Assembly: GCA_002269645.1 (NCBI GenBank)
Contig: NIVC01000714.1
Span: forward strand, 186,001 to 250,000
DNA length: 64,000 nt
Reading direction: 5' to 3'
DNA from: Macrostomum lignano
Taxonomy: Eukaryota
Program-made: the position numbers and the translations under genes
Shown: one piece after another, positions 13,241-24,983 of the stretch
Numbering within the stretch: the stretch's first letter is position 1
Layout of the letters: every line of letters starts with the position of its first letter
The notes under the pieces: generated by a model
Database searches by the model: none
What the model saw: the letters and a program-made list of their open reading frames with translations, nothing else
Told to the model about the DNA's origin: nothing

Positions 13241-15118
13241 CTGGGTGCATACTGGTGGTATCATCTCTCCATTTCCTCATCTTCTCCTAACTGCACTGAT
13301 CCACTGAAGGGCGGATTTCCTGAAAAAAAAACACTGCGGAGATAGAAATCAATGATTGCATTTGATTGAATTTTGCATCTGGGGCACTGAAGATTGCCAT
13401 TCTTTAAATTTAGCATGCACAGCATGTTACCCTGTTATCATTTATAAAGTTGCGCAGTGAAAGTTTTTTTTCACATGGTTATTTAATAAGCCCAAAGTAA
13501 AACCGCTCACAAGTAGCATGGACTGAAATTTTTGCTTCGTTACTTTTCTGAATAAAGCGTATTTCTATTAAATAACTAGGCTAGGCCTGGCTTGAAAGTT
13601 AATTGCTTTTTAAGACTAGGTCAACAGCAATATAAAGAATGATAGTTGGTACGATCTGGTCTGCAAACATTGTCTACATTTAATAATTATTTTGACAGGA
13701 ATTAGAATAGCCATTATTACTAACATGCGTTGAAATGAAACTATACCTACAATAATGACATAAGAGTCAAGTGTATTTTTCTCAGGAAATTGGCCTCCAA
13801 AAAACTACGCGATCTTTGAGTTTTAGGTCCTGTTATACTACAGTGATCCTTGATGACATGTTCGATTGAATGCGGAGCCTCGCAGATCTTGATCTTGATA
13901 CATCAATTGACGAGTTGGAGGAAAGTGTTTCCGAGTGTCGGTACCCGCAAGGACGACTAAAGTAGTCCTTGGGTACCCGACGTTACGGATCTGTACGATA
14001 ACTAATTGTTGCGATGACAGACAACCGACAGGCCGGCAACCGTCTGTGTTGCGATCAATTCCGTAGATGTAGCTGTCTCTGCGCCAGCGACCCAATCTGA
14101 ATGCCAGCTACTGCCTTCTGATTCATGATAAATTGCTCGAGATACGATTGCAACCATAGAAAAACCTTATTCACAGCACGCTTGGGCGTTTCCGTGTCTT
14201 TTTAATTTATTGGTGCACCTACGCCATGCCATGTAAGCTCTACTCTTGCAACTGATGCTTGTGAATCTTATGCTTTATAAACACCCTTTGTGATGTAATG
14301 GTGGCGCCATCGGTAATCGTTTGCTGTGTGCATGATAAGGGGCGTTACACAATGTTAAAGCTTCCTGAAACCTATCGGAGAAATTTTTATTGAGTGCGCT
14401 TCTTCGATTGGGCCATCTATTGGACAGGGGGGATTGCGGCCCCCTTGTCTCCTGGCTACGCCCTTGGTTGGCCCTCAGCTCGTGGGTTTGAAAAGTTCGA
14501 CAAGCTGATGTGGACACGCACGAAATCGAATTCAAGTATGCCCCTTGATCGGTGGTGCTTCATTTTAGTTGTTTTTGGGCCTGGAGTGTTTGTCTTCGCG
14601 CTTAGTCTCTACCGTAGCACCCATATAACTTCCGCATGGAGCCTCGCGCACGCAGTGACACACACACCTCCCACAATTCTTGCTATTTTTCTCCCAGACT
14701 AAATCGTTTAATCTGCAGCTAGAATTCCCCTACAAAGGGGAAGATTAGGTCTAAACCAAGGGCAACAGCTGCAAAGAAATGGAGCAGAGACAGTCCAACA
14801 GATTCGCAACCTATAACTGACCCCAGTTGAAACATTAGGTAAAACAATGACAAGTCAAGGAATGCACCAGGGACGAAATGCACACGTTGTTGAGTTTATA
14901 CTCACTGTTTTTGTACTGCTCCGCAACCTGACGCTCTGAGTCGTATTTTGCGCCCCATTCTCGGCTGGCCCTGAGGCAATCTGCATTGATTGATACAGGT
15001 TGAGTGGAGGTGGCAGTGAGTAGCAAATAACAATTAAACTGCCCTTGTTTTTTATAAACTTGCATACAGTCAACATTAACGTTGGATTTTAACTCCGACC
15101 CATGATTTGCTACGACTT

Positions 15119-15490
15119 TACTCAACCGCAGGGACATTAGGGTAGTAACCATGGCCCTCTTCGCTTCGCTTTGGCATTGCTACCTCCAGGGAAAATCATA
15201 TGCCTAATTCTACATCTCCGGTGCTGAAAATGCGGAGAACTTCATCTGCGATTGTCCTGAATTTACTCACGACTCATTACTAATTTACTCAGGCTTACCT
15301 ACCTCGGACTAAACCGGCGACGGGTCTCTCAGGCCCGAGAATTTCTGCCGCTACGTAAAAGGCTACCCGGACTCTCTGGAGAGGGCTTGCGCTGCCTGAA
15401 CAGCTCCCTGCGCCTGCGCGACAATACTATAGCTGCCCCTTGTTCGCCAGGCGCCTCCCCGCTGCATCCGGATGCCCGGAACCCCCTATT
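15119..15490 (+). mobile_element. 5'-truncated LINE 3' end (I/R1-like C-terminal Cys/His region), degenerate copy
   Basis: Homologous to 38692-39143 and 54240-54790 (CTCAACCGCAGGGACAT...CATGGCCCTCT; GAAAATGCGGAGAACTTCATCTGCGATTGTCC; CCGGATGCCCGGAACCCCCT). Confidence 0.75.
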
Positions 15491-16315
15491 AGTTATACGT
15501 ATTACGTAGGCAAGTCATGAAGCAGGGAGGCGGGGAGTCAAGACCATCTGAAGCCGAAGCTAGTTTTTGGTTTCGTGAGTTCAAAAAGGGCAGAACGAGC
15601 CCCACTCTGGTCCACCTTTGAATACAACCACACCTGAAAAGGCTGAGCAACTGCTGCTACTGCTAATTTGTGGAAATTCGAAAAATTGCGTCTCAAAGCA
15701 AATGGACTTTATAGTTTCTGTTGAAGAAATAAATATGGATGGAATGATGGATATGGATGGATTTACGACTACGATCCCAAAACTATGTACGAGCTAGCAG
15801 TCGACGATGTAGCAGTTCCCCGCTGAAGGTTAGGAATCGGGAAACTTTGCCTTACGAAGGTCCAGTGTTCGTTGAGTGTCGATAAACAAATAATTTGTCA
15901 CAGTTTTGTTGCAAAAATCTGGACTTGTTTTACCGTCCTAACCGCTAAATGAGATAAAGGAGGTGAACTCCAGTTAGTAAGCTCGTACATCACCATTAGC
16001 TTGCCCAAAGTCATCCAGGAGCTCCACAACCAACAAGATTCTGCTACATTTACACCCATGATAAACCACGTCGATATCGCCTCCACCCACACCGCATCAG
16101 CGACTCTGAAGATTTTGCATGGCCGCAAAAGCGTGTCACGAATCCGACTCATTCAATATACCTCGCACCCTGAAACTTCTGGATATTCCCCAGAAGGAAA
16201 TCCTGGCTACGCCACTGTCGAAAATGGCATAATTGGCATGCCTAATTACTTTTAGCACGGCCCTCTAATTTCGTCGAAGAGTGAAAAAACATAATTAAAC
16301 AAACTAGCAATTTAC

Positions 16316-16484
16316 CTTGATATTTGTTAACAATATCCCTGCTAAATAGTTCTTCTTCGTGTGATTTTCTCGTTATAGAATCAATATGAGACGTCTTTAC
16401 TTGATTTCTGTACGCCAGAAATGAGACGAGACAAAGAACTAGTACTGCAAATATGCCGATTTGTTTACTGTTTCCGGAGGTCAT
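16316..16484 (-). pseudogene. Possible first exon of a type II membrane protein, with downstream sequence broken by stops
   Basis: MTSGNSKQIGIFAVLVLCLVSFLAYRNQ...NKYQG followed by a donor-like AAG|GTAAAT. No intact continuation found. Confidence 0.25.
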
Positions 16485-17502
16485 CTCTCTACTTTAATAT
16501 TCGTTTTGTTTTCTTCGAAAATTTCTGGTCTTTCAAAATACACTAAAGTTTGTGATGTAATTATCGCGAATAGATCTTGATTGTTTACATAGCAAGAAGC
16601 ATAAATATAAGACAAAAGTGAAAAATACTTTCAATGACGAACAAAAGCTATGATTCACTAAGTGGATAATAACTACGCGGGCGTCTTCAGTGTTGGTGGT
16701 TGTGACAAAATAATTTTTAATGAACTGGATGTTCAGGAGAAATTGTCTGTAATTTTCAAACCTGTGCGATAATTCACAATAGCTATCCTAACAGTAAAAA
16801 CGAACCGGCTTCAGCAATAAATTCAGAAAACTGCATAAGAAACGAATTTTTGTTTTGCTTATTTAATATTGAAAGTTTTTTTCATGATACATTTGTTATT
16901 TTGCAAGTAGAAGTTAATTTCATTTTCAAACATCGATTAACTAAGAACTGTAAAAATCAACAACCTTTCGTGTTATTATGGTTTCAAAAAACAGCACCGG
17001 GTCGAACCGAACCTTTTCAGCTTCAATATTTTGTTCTCAGCATCTGTTCCTTAACTGTATCATTGTGACGTTTCCTGAAAAGGCTTACAGACATTTAAAT
17101 TATATAAAGATTTATTATGCTTTTTTTGCTGCGGTTCTAGATCTAAGATGTGGTCCGTCCGACCGTCCGTGGAATATTCTAGAATCTAGTTCTTGAAACC
17201 AGTTTTCGGGAAAGGGGTTATAATAGGCCTAGTCATTAGAATTTAGAACTGAATAAGCCAAACAGCTGCTTACCCGAGCCGAATACTCACTTCTTATTCT
17301 AAAAAAATTACATGCATAAATGCATTCAGCATTAATATTCCTATTTATGCCAAAAAAGTTAAAACTGACATTGACAATCTTATTCTTAGTTAGGCCTAAG
17401 ATCTATGGGCACAATGTTAATAGCCTTAAGCATTAAAATTTTCATTGCCACCAAACAGCAAAACTAAGCTTGCTGAAATGTTGCATAGGCCTATATAGAC
17501 AT

Positions 17503-17895
17503 TAGAGGTCGGATGGGATTGAAATCTTCGGGCGGGATCGGGATCGGGAATAATTTTTTTCTCGGGATCGGGATTGGGATTCAGGAATCGGGATCAGGTC
17601 TTTTAGTGTATTGTCAATGTAAAGTTAAACGAAATTGAGAAAAGATTGTCAAGATCAAGAAGTAAAACACAACGAAATTGATATGAAGTTTTGTAACCAA
17701 CAAAGTAAATAATGTAACAAGTATAAGTTAAAGCAAAATACTTTCAAGTAATCACTAATTCTACAAATTATTAATCAAAAGACCTGTTCCCGAATCTCGA
17801 GTTTTTTAGGGTCGGGATTCTGGTCCCGCGGGAATTCAATTTTCCTCGGGATCCCGAGATTTCGGGATCGGGATCGGGATCCCGTCTGACCTCTA
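17503..17895. mobile_element. Non-autonomous hAT-like MITE (393 bp)
   Basis: TIRs TAGAGGTCGGATGGGAT / ATCCCGTCTGACCTCTA. Perfect 8-bp TSD ATAGACAT at 17495-17502 and 17896-17903. Subterminal CGGGAT repeats. Confidence 0.9.
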
Positions 17896-18359
17896 ATAGA
17901 CATAGCATATTATACTAGCTAAAGTTTTGCCCCCCTTCGGGGAGCAGAAATAATTAATATTCGTCTAATATAATATACCTTTTAGCAGGAGTACTTTAAG
18001 TGTTTTTCTTAAGCTTAAGCTTAAAATAGGAATTTTTGGAGATCGTTAATAACGCATTTTAGGTAAAACAAAACTATCAACTTTTTACAGTTTTTAGTTT
18101 AGAGCCCTGTATATGTCAACGTGTTTGATAAAAATTATTTTTATCATTTTTGATAAAAAATGGCCTTCGGGGTGGCCAATAAGCAAGGGACGAATCCTTT
18201 TAAATGAAAAAAAATTCTTAGGGAGGGGGGCTAGGAATCGAATTCTCATTTTAATTCCAGGCTTATGTACCAATAAAACATGTTTGTGCAGAATTTTATA
18301 ACAGACATTGAAATTCAACCATACTTGCCTTCTTTCAGAGCTACTTCTACCAGTATGCT

Positions 18360-19330
18360 TCAGTACGCTACCAGTACCCTTGTAAGCCTTGACATGTCAG
18401 CAATCCCCCCCTACAAGCCTTAACATATCAACTCCCCCCTTGACATCTCAGCAATGCTCCCACAAGCCTTGAAATCTTAAAAAATCTGTCTTTTTTCTAA
18501 CCCTAACCCTAACCCTAACCCTAACCCTAAAGCATTGAAATTTCAGTAATTCTCTCTAAGAGTCTATAGCACTACTACAGCATTATAGCGATTCCCTGCA
18601 AGCCTCGACATCGTAGGGATTCCCAAATGAATCTCTTAACTTTGACATGAAGCTTCTTTTTTTTTACATTACGCTTTTTCTATCAGCGATCCCTCCCGTG
18701 AGGAGCCAACAAATAATGTAATAACTTTTTTCCAATAAACTACATGTAGCTTCTGACATTAGCCTTGACATCTCATTTATTCCCCCGTGAGCCTTGACAT
18801 CTCAGCTATAGATAGATAGATAGATTCCCCTCGTAAGCCTTGACCTGTCAGCGATGCCCCCCATAAACCTTGAAATCTAAAAAATCCCCTGTTAACCTTG
18901 AAACGCGCTAAAATCTAACCCTCAACCCAAACCTGACGTAAACCTAACTTTCACCCAACCTAAAGCCTTGAAATCACAGCAATTCTTCTTCCCTAAGCCT
19001 TGGCATTTAAGTGATTCCTTCTTTAAGAATCACAGCACTATAACGATTCCCTCCAAGCTTTGACATCGTAGCAATTCCTAAATGAATCTTTTAACTTTGA
19101 CATGACTTTTATTTTATGTATACATAGTGCTCCTTTTATTTTTACATGACTCTTCTTCTATCAGCGCCCCCCCCACCGTGGCAAGCCAACAAAGAATGCA
19201 ATAAAAAACTTAAGTAAAGTACATGTACTTTGAAGTAGCTTCTGACTTTTGCTTTAACATCTCAGAAACCCCCCTGTAATCTCAGTTATTCTCTGTGAGC
19301 CTTGACGTCTCAGTAATTCTCCCCAGCACA
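18360..19330. repeat. Diverged tandem duplication, period about 470-480 bp
   Basis: 18560-18650 aligns with 19025-19105 and 18680-18780 with 19157-19265 by eye (e.g. AAATGAATCT.TTAACTTTGACATGA; TTCTATCAGCG; GCCAACAAA.AATG.AATAA). Confidence 0.75.
18497..18530. repeat. Interstitial telomere-like repeat CTAA(CCCTAA)5
   Basis: Perfect (TTAGGG)n on the minus strand. A degenerate counterpart lies at about 18915-18963. Confidence 0.85.
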
Positions 19331-19379
19331 GCACTGTACTATAGCTTTATTTAATTTTTATATGACATTTCTTTCATGT

Positions 19380-20370
19380 CTGACATGACGCTTCTTTTGA
19401 TTTTTACGTTACGCTTCTTTTATTCTTCCATGATGCTTCTTAATTTTTTAAATGACACACTTTCATTAGTTTTTATATGAGGCTTCTATAATTTTTTCAT
19501 GACGCTTCTATGCTTGTTTACATGACGCTTGTATGATTTTTACATGACGCTTCTATGATTGTTTACATGACGCTTGTATGATTGTTTACATGACGCTTCT
19601 ATGATTTTTTACATGACGCTTTTATGATTTTTACATGACGCTTCTATGATTTTTTACATGACGCTTCTATGATTTTTACATGACGCTTCTATGATTTTTA
19701 CATGACGCTTCTATGATTTTTACATGACGCTTCTATGATTTTTACATGACGCTTCTATGATTGTTTACATGACGCTTCTATGATTGTTTACATGACGCTT
19801 CTATGATTGTTTACATGACGCTTCTATGATTTTTACATGACGCTTCTATGATTTTTACATGACGCTTCTATGATTTTTACATGACGCTTCTATGATTTTT
19901 ACATGACGCTTCTATGATTTTAACATGACGCTTCTATGATTTTTTTACATGACGCTTCTATGATTGTTTACATGACGCTTGTATGATTGTTTACATGACG
20001 CTTGTATGATTTTAACATGACACTTCTATGATTGTTTACATTACGCTTCTATGATTGCTTGCATGACGCTTCTATGATTTTTTATGACGCTTTTATGATT
20101 TTAACATGACGCTTCTATGATTTTTTTACATGACGCTTCTATGATTGTTTACATGATGCTTGTATGATTGTTTACATGACGCTTTTATGATTTTAACATG
20201 ACGCTTCTATGATTGTTTACATGACGCTTCTATGATTTTTACATGACGCTTCTATGATTTTTACATGACGCTTCTATGATTGTTTACATGACGCTTCTAT
20301 GATTGTTTACATGACGCTTCTATGATTGTTTACATGACGCTTGTATGATTGTTTACATGACGCTTCCATA
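19380..20370. repeat. 22-bp minisatellite (CATGACGCTTCTATGATTTTTA)n
   Basis: Directly visible, with degenerate copies at the left edge. Confidence 0.97.
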
Positions 20371-20419
20371 ATTTTTTTGTCTTGGCGTTAAAAGGCTTTA
20401 ATTAAAAAAGCTCTACTCT

Positions 20420-20486
20420 CTAAAAATTCGAACCATCGTCCCTGCATTTAGCAGTTTAGTCTGTTTACCTCTAGGCTAGCTCTCAT
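20420..20486 (-). other. tRNA-like element (pseudo-tRNA or SINE head), copy 1
   Basis: ATGAGAGCTAGCCTAGAGGTAAACAGACTAAACTGCTAAATGCAGGGACGATGGTTCGAATT. A-box-like TAGCCTAGAGG, B-box GGTTCGAAT, CT-GCT-AA loop. No complete acceptor stem. Confidence 0.55.
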
Positions 20487-20519
20487 GAATTTTAGTCATT
20501 ACCCCTAAATAGAAAATAT

Positions 20520-20750
20520 TCCCAAGACAGCAAGCATCCCCCAGTAGCAAGCATCCCCTAATACTCCTAGCAAGCATCCACCCAGATAGCAAGCATCTGC
20601 AGATAGCAAGCATCTTGCAGATAGCAAGCATCTTGCAGATAGCAAGCATACCCTAAATAATGTAGAAGCATCCTTCCAGATAGCAAGCATCCTGCACATA
20701 GCAAGAATCCCTAAATAGCAAGCATCCCTGGATAGAAATAATCCTATACA
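20520..20750. repeat. Degenerate minisatellite of about 18-20 bp (AGATAGCAAGCATC...)
   Basis: TAGCAAGCATC recurs about 10 times. Confidence 0.85.
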
Positions 20751-20769
20751 TGTAGCCAAGCTTATCAAG

Positions 20770-22860
20770 CGCAGTAATCCTTGGCTATCGAGTGCAGTAA
20801 TCCTTGGTTTATTAATAGCAATAATCCATGGCTTATCGAGTGCAGTAATCCTTGGTTTATTAATAGCAATAATCCTTGGCTTATCGAGTGCAGTAATTCA
20901 TGGTTTATTAATAGCAATAATCCTTGGCTTATCGAGTGCAGTAATCCTTGGTTTATTAATAGCAATAATCCATGCCTTATCGAGTGCAGTAATCCTTGGT
21001 TTGCCAAGAGCAATAGTCCTTGGCTTATCGAGTGCAGTAATCCTTGATTTGCCAAGAGCAATAGTCCTTGGTTTATTGAGTGCAGTAATCCTTGGTTTAT
21101 TAATAGCAATAGTCCTTGGTTTATTGAGTGCAGTAATCCTTGGTTTATTAATAGCAATAATCCTTGGCTTATCGAGTGCAGTAATCCTTGGTTTGCCAAG
21201 TGCATAATCCTTGGTTTATCGAGTGCAGTAATCCTTGGTTTATTAATAGCAATAATCCTTGGCTTATCGAGTGCAGTAATCCTTGGTTTATTAATAGCAA
21301 TAATCCATGGCTTATCGAGTGCAGTAATCCTTGGTTTGCCAAGAGCAATAGTCCTTGGCTTATCGAGTGCAGTAATCCTTGGTTTGCCAAGAGCAATAGT
21401 CCTTGGTTTATTGAGTGCAGTAATCCTTGGTTTATTAATAGCAATAGTCCTTGGTTTATTGAGTGCAGTAATCCTTGGTTTATTAATAGCAATAATCCTT
21501 GGCTTATCGAGTGCAGTAATCCTTGGTTTGCCAAGTGCATAATCCTTGGTTTATCGAGTGCAGTAATCCTTGGTTTATTAATAGCAATAATCCTTGGCTT
21601 ATCGAGTGCAGTAATCCTTGGTTTATTAATAGCAATAATCCATGGCTTATCGAGTGCAGTAATCCTTGGTTTGCCAAGAGCAATAGTCCTTGGCTTATCG
21701 AGTGCAGTAATCCTTGGTTTGCCAAGAGCAATAGTCCTTGGTTTATTGAGTGCAGTAATCCTTGGTTTATTAATAGCAATAGTCCTTGGTTTATTGAGTG
21801 CAGTAATCCTTGGTTTATTAATAGCAATAATCCTTGGCTTATCGAGTGCAGTAATCCTTGGTTTGCCAAGTGCATAATCCTTGGTTTATTAATAGCAATA
21901 ATCCTTGGCTTATCGAGTGCAGTAATCCTTGGTTTATTAATAGCAATAATCCTTGGTTTATCGAGTGCATTAATCCTTGGTTTATTAATAGCAATAATCC
22001 TTGGCTTATCGAGTGCAGTAATCCTTGGTTTATTAATAGCAATAATCCTTGGCTTATCGAGTGCAGTAATCCTTGGTTTGCCAAGAGCAATAGTCCTTGG
22101 TTTTTTGAGTGCAGTAATCCTTGGTTTATTAATAGCAATAGTCCTTGGTTTATTGAGTGCAGTAATGCTTGGTTTATTAATAGCAATAATCCTTGGCTTA
22201 TCGATTGCAGTAATCCTTGGTTTGCCAAGTGCATAATCCTTGGTTTATTAATAGCAATAATCCTTGGTTTATCGAGTGCAGTAATCCTTGGTTTATTAAT
22301 AGCAATAATCCATGGCTTATCGAGTGCAGTAATCCTTGGTTTGCCAAGAGCAATAGTCCTTGGCTTATCGAGTGCAGTAATCCTTGGTTTGCCAAGAGCA
22401 ATAGTCCTTGGTTTATTGAGTGCAGTAATCCTTGGTTTATTAATAGCAATAGTCATTGGCTTATCGAGTGCAGTAATCCTTGGTTTATTAATAGCAATAA
22501 TCCTTGGTTTATCGAGTGCAGTAATCCTTGGTTTATTAATAGCAATAATCCTTGGCTTATCGAGTGCAGTAATCCTTGGTTTATTAATAGCAATAATCCA
22601 TGGCTTATGAGTGCAGTAATCCTTGGTTTATTAATAGCAATAATCCTTGGCTTATCGAGTGCAGTAATTCATGGTTTATTAATAGCAATAATCCTTGGCT
22701 TATCGAGTGCAGTAATCCTTGGTTTATTAATAGCAATAATCCATGGCTTATCGAGTGCAGTAATCCTTGGTTTGCCAAGAGCAATAATCCTTGGCTTATC
22801 GAGTGCAGTATTCCTTGGTTTGCCAAGAGCAATAATCCTTAGCTTATCGAGTGCAGTAAT
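20770..22860. repeat. 24-bp satellite with variant monomers and a 335-bp higher-order repeat
   Basis: Monomers AATCCTTGGTTTATTAATAGCAAT, AATCCTTGGCTTATCGAGTGCAGT, AATCCTTGGTTTGCCAAGAGCAAT. Identical spurious ORFs at 21169..21540 and 21504..21875 are offset by 335 bp. Confidence 0.97.
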
Positions 22861-22929
22861 CTAAGTGTTTTTATTTAGTCCTTTAATAAAAGCTTTTAAT
22901 AAAAAATTTTACACTACTACTTTTAAACT

Positions 22930-22995
22930 ACTTAGATTCGAACCCAGGTCGCTGCATTAGCAGTCTGGTCTGCTCAGCTCTAGGCTAGCTCTCAT
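22930..22995 (-). other. tRNA-like element (pseudo-tRNA or SINE head), copy 2
   Basis: ATGAGAGCTAGCCTAGAGCTGAGCAGACCAGACTGCTAATGCAGCGACCTGGGTTCGAATCT. First 18 nt are identical to copy 1. GACTGCTAAT resembles the tRNA-Ser(GCU) anticodon arm. Confidence 0.6.
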
Positions 22996-24983
22996 CGAAG
23001 TTATCAGTGAATTTGTACCACTTATATAATTAATTCAACACTCACACCAAGTCAGGTAGAGTAAAAAGTCACGCGAAGCAGTTATGACATAATCAATTTC
23101 TTAGGCAAGTCAGTACCAGTGTCTATGAAAGTTAACAATATGGTTACGTAATATAAATTCAGTACTGCACTATACTTTCACCCTCAAAGCTGTGACGCAA
23201 TTCAATTGAGTGTCAAATTCAGCCAGTACACAGACGATAAATAAAGTGTATTGTGATGCAATCTATTTCAGAATCAGAATTCAACCAGTCAGATTTTTCT
23301 CTAGCATTCTTACAATGCATTTCAGGTCGAAAGAGCTGCTTGACCTTTGCAAAAAATCATGTTTTTCGAATATTTAATCCCTTTAACATTGAGCAATTTC
23401 TTAGCCAATATGCATGTACCGTCCCAGGAAAATTTCTGATCGAATGGTGCAAGTTTGAAGAAAATCGGTTGAGCCGTTCGGGAGAAAATCAATTACAAGC
23501 AAGCAACCAAGCATTTCATTTTTGGTATATTAGATTTATATCAGATATATTTTGATTGATCACTTTATGATTTTAAGTTCTATTCTATAATTTTAATAGG
23601 CCCTAGCCCTAGGCCTAGTTTTTACCTAAGTAATTTTGTTTTTATAATAATAATTAGACTAGGCTATAGCCTGTAACCTGTAGTAACCTGGTCTGGTCTT
23701 AGTGAATATAGGCCGACAGTTTTTCATTATTTATTAATATCTAATTTTATTAATCAAGTCTTAGACTTTAAAATTATAGGCCTAATAAGGCCTAAAAATA
23801 AAATAGCAAGCCTAGTGCATGCTGCATTTTCCTTAGAATCATAGTGCTATTTTAGCACCTATTTCTTTGGTTTATAATATTTGGTTAAAATTTTTTTTAT
23901 GTTTTTTGCAACATTATGCCTGGGTACTTAAAGATGGGCATAGGGTATAAGTAGTAGAGGATGTAAAATACAAGTAAAATGCCACACAAGCTGACACAGG
24001 ATAATAGTATTTAACCTAATATAGGATATTGCCAAATTGATAGTCTTGCAAGGCCTAAAATACCATATGAACTTTAGGTATATGCCAAATAGGGTATCCA
24101 AAGTTTTATGCATAATATATTGCTTGAAATTTGGCTTGCAATTGGACCATATGTCCTTAATGCTGTTTATATAAACTTTAACATCATTAAAATCTTATAT
24201 GTCCAACTTTTAGATTTTATCTAGGCCTAACTTATAAAAGAAATCCCAAAGCAAAAAATTAACATAATTTTGAGTAAACAGTGGGAGTAACTATGAATAT
24301 TATTAAGATTAATGACTTGTCATCTAATTAGTACTATGACTGTTTTGGGTTGGCATTTTTGCAACTTACCTTGGCTAGACCTCTTGCCACCTAGCTGAAT
24401 TAGTCAGGTCAGCCAAGTGATAGGCATGTGTGATTAGGATTGCAAAAATATAGTGAATGATTCATGGTTATATGAATGGTTAGTGCAATTTTGGATAGAT
24501 CAATATTACTAAGGTGCATATGATATGTAATATCGATATAAAAATAATAAAATGAAACTCAGTGGGGTACATATCCTGTGGACCCCCCCTTATATCTGCC
24601 ACTGCTTGAAGGTCATTTATTACAGGACAGAGAAGAGACTGCACCTCTAAATTGCCTCAGTGTATTAGAGGTTGGCACTATAGATGATATAATCCATGTA
24701 AGGTTGTAATAATTTTTGTATATAATAATTTTGAATTTCATTATTAAGTATTCATAAGTATTAGTTAAGTATCTAAACTAAAATTGCTAAAGATAATTTG
24801 TCTTCTACCATAATTAGCTTATTCCTTTAGATTTATAATTTATTTAAATTGAATTTCTTGATTTTCATTCAGTTGTAATTATAGCCTAATTGATGAAAAT
24901 TGATTTCTACCTGCAGGTTAAAACACATTCAAGTTAAATATTGAAATAATTTAAAACAAATACACATCTTTGCACAAAGAGCA

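Noticed and set aside
20770-22860. CRISPR-like repeat/spacer array
   Set aside because: The apparent spacers are a few recurring monomer variants, not unique sequences, and there are no cas genes.
20420-22995. Functional tRNA-Ser genes
   Set aside because: No complete acceptor stem or long variable arm is evident, so they are treated as tRNA-derived elements.
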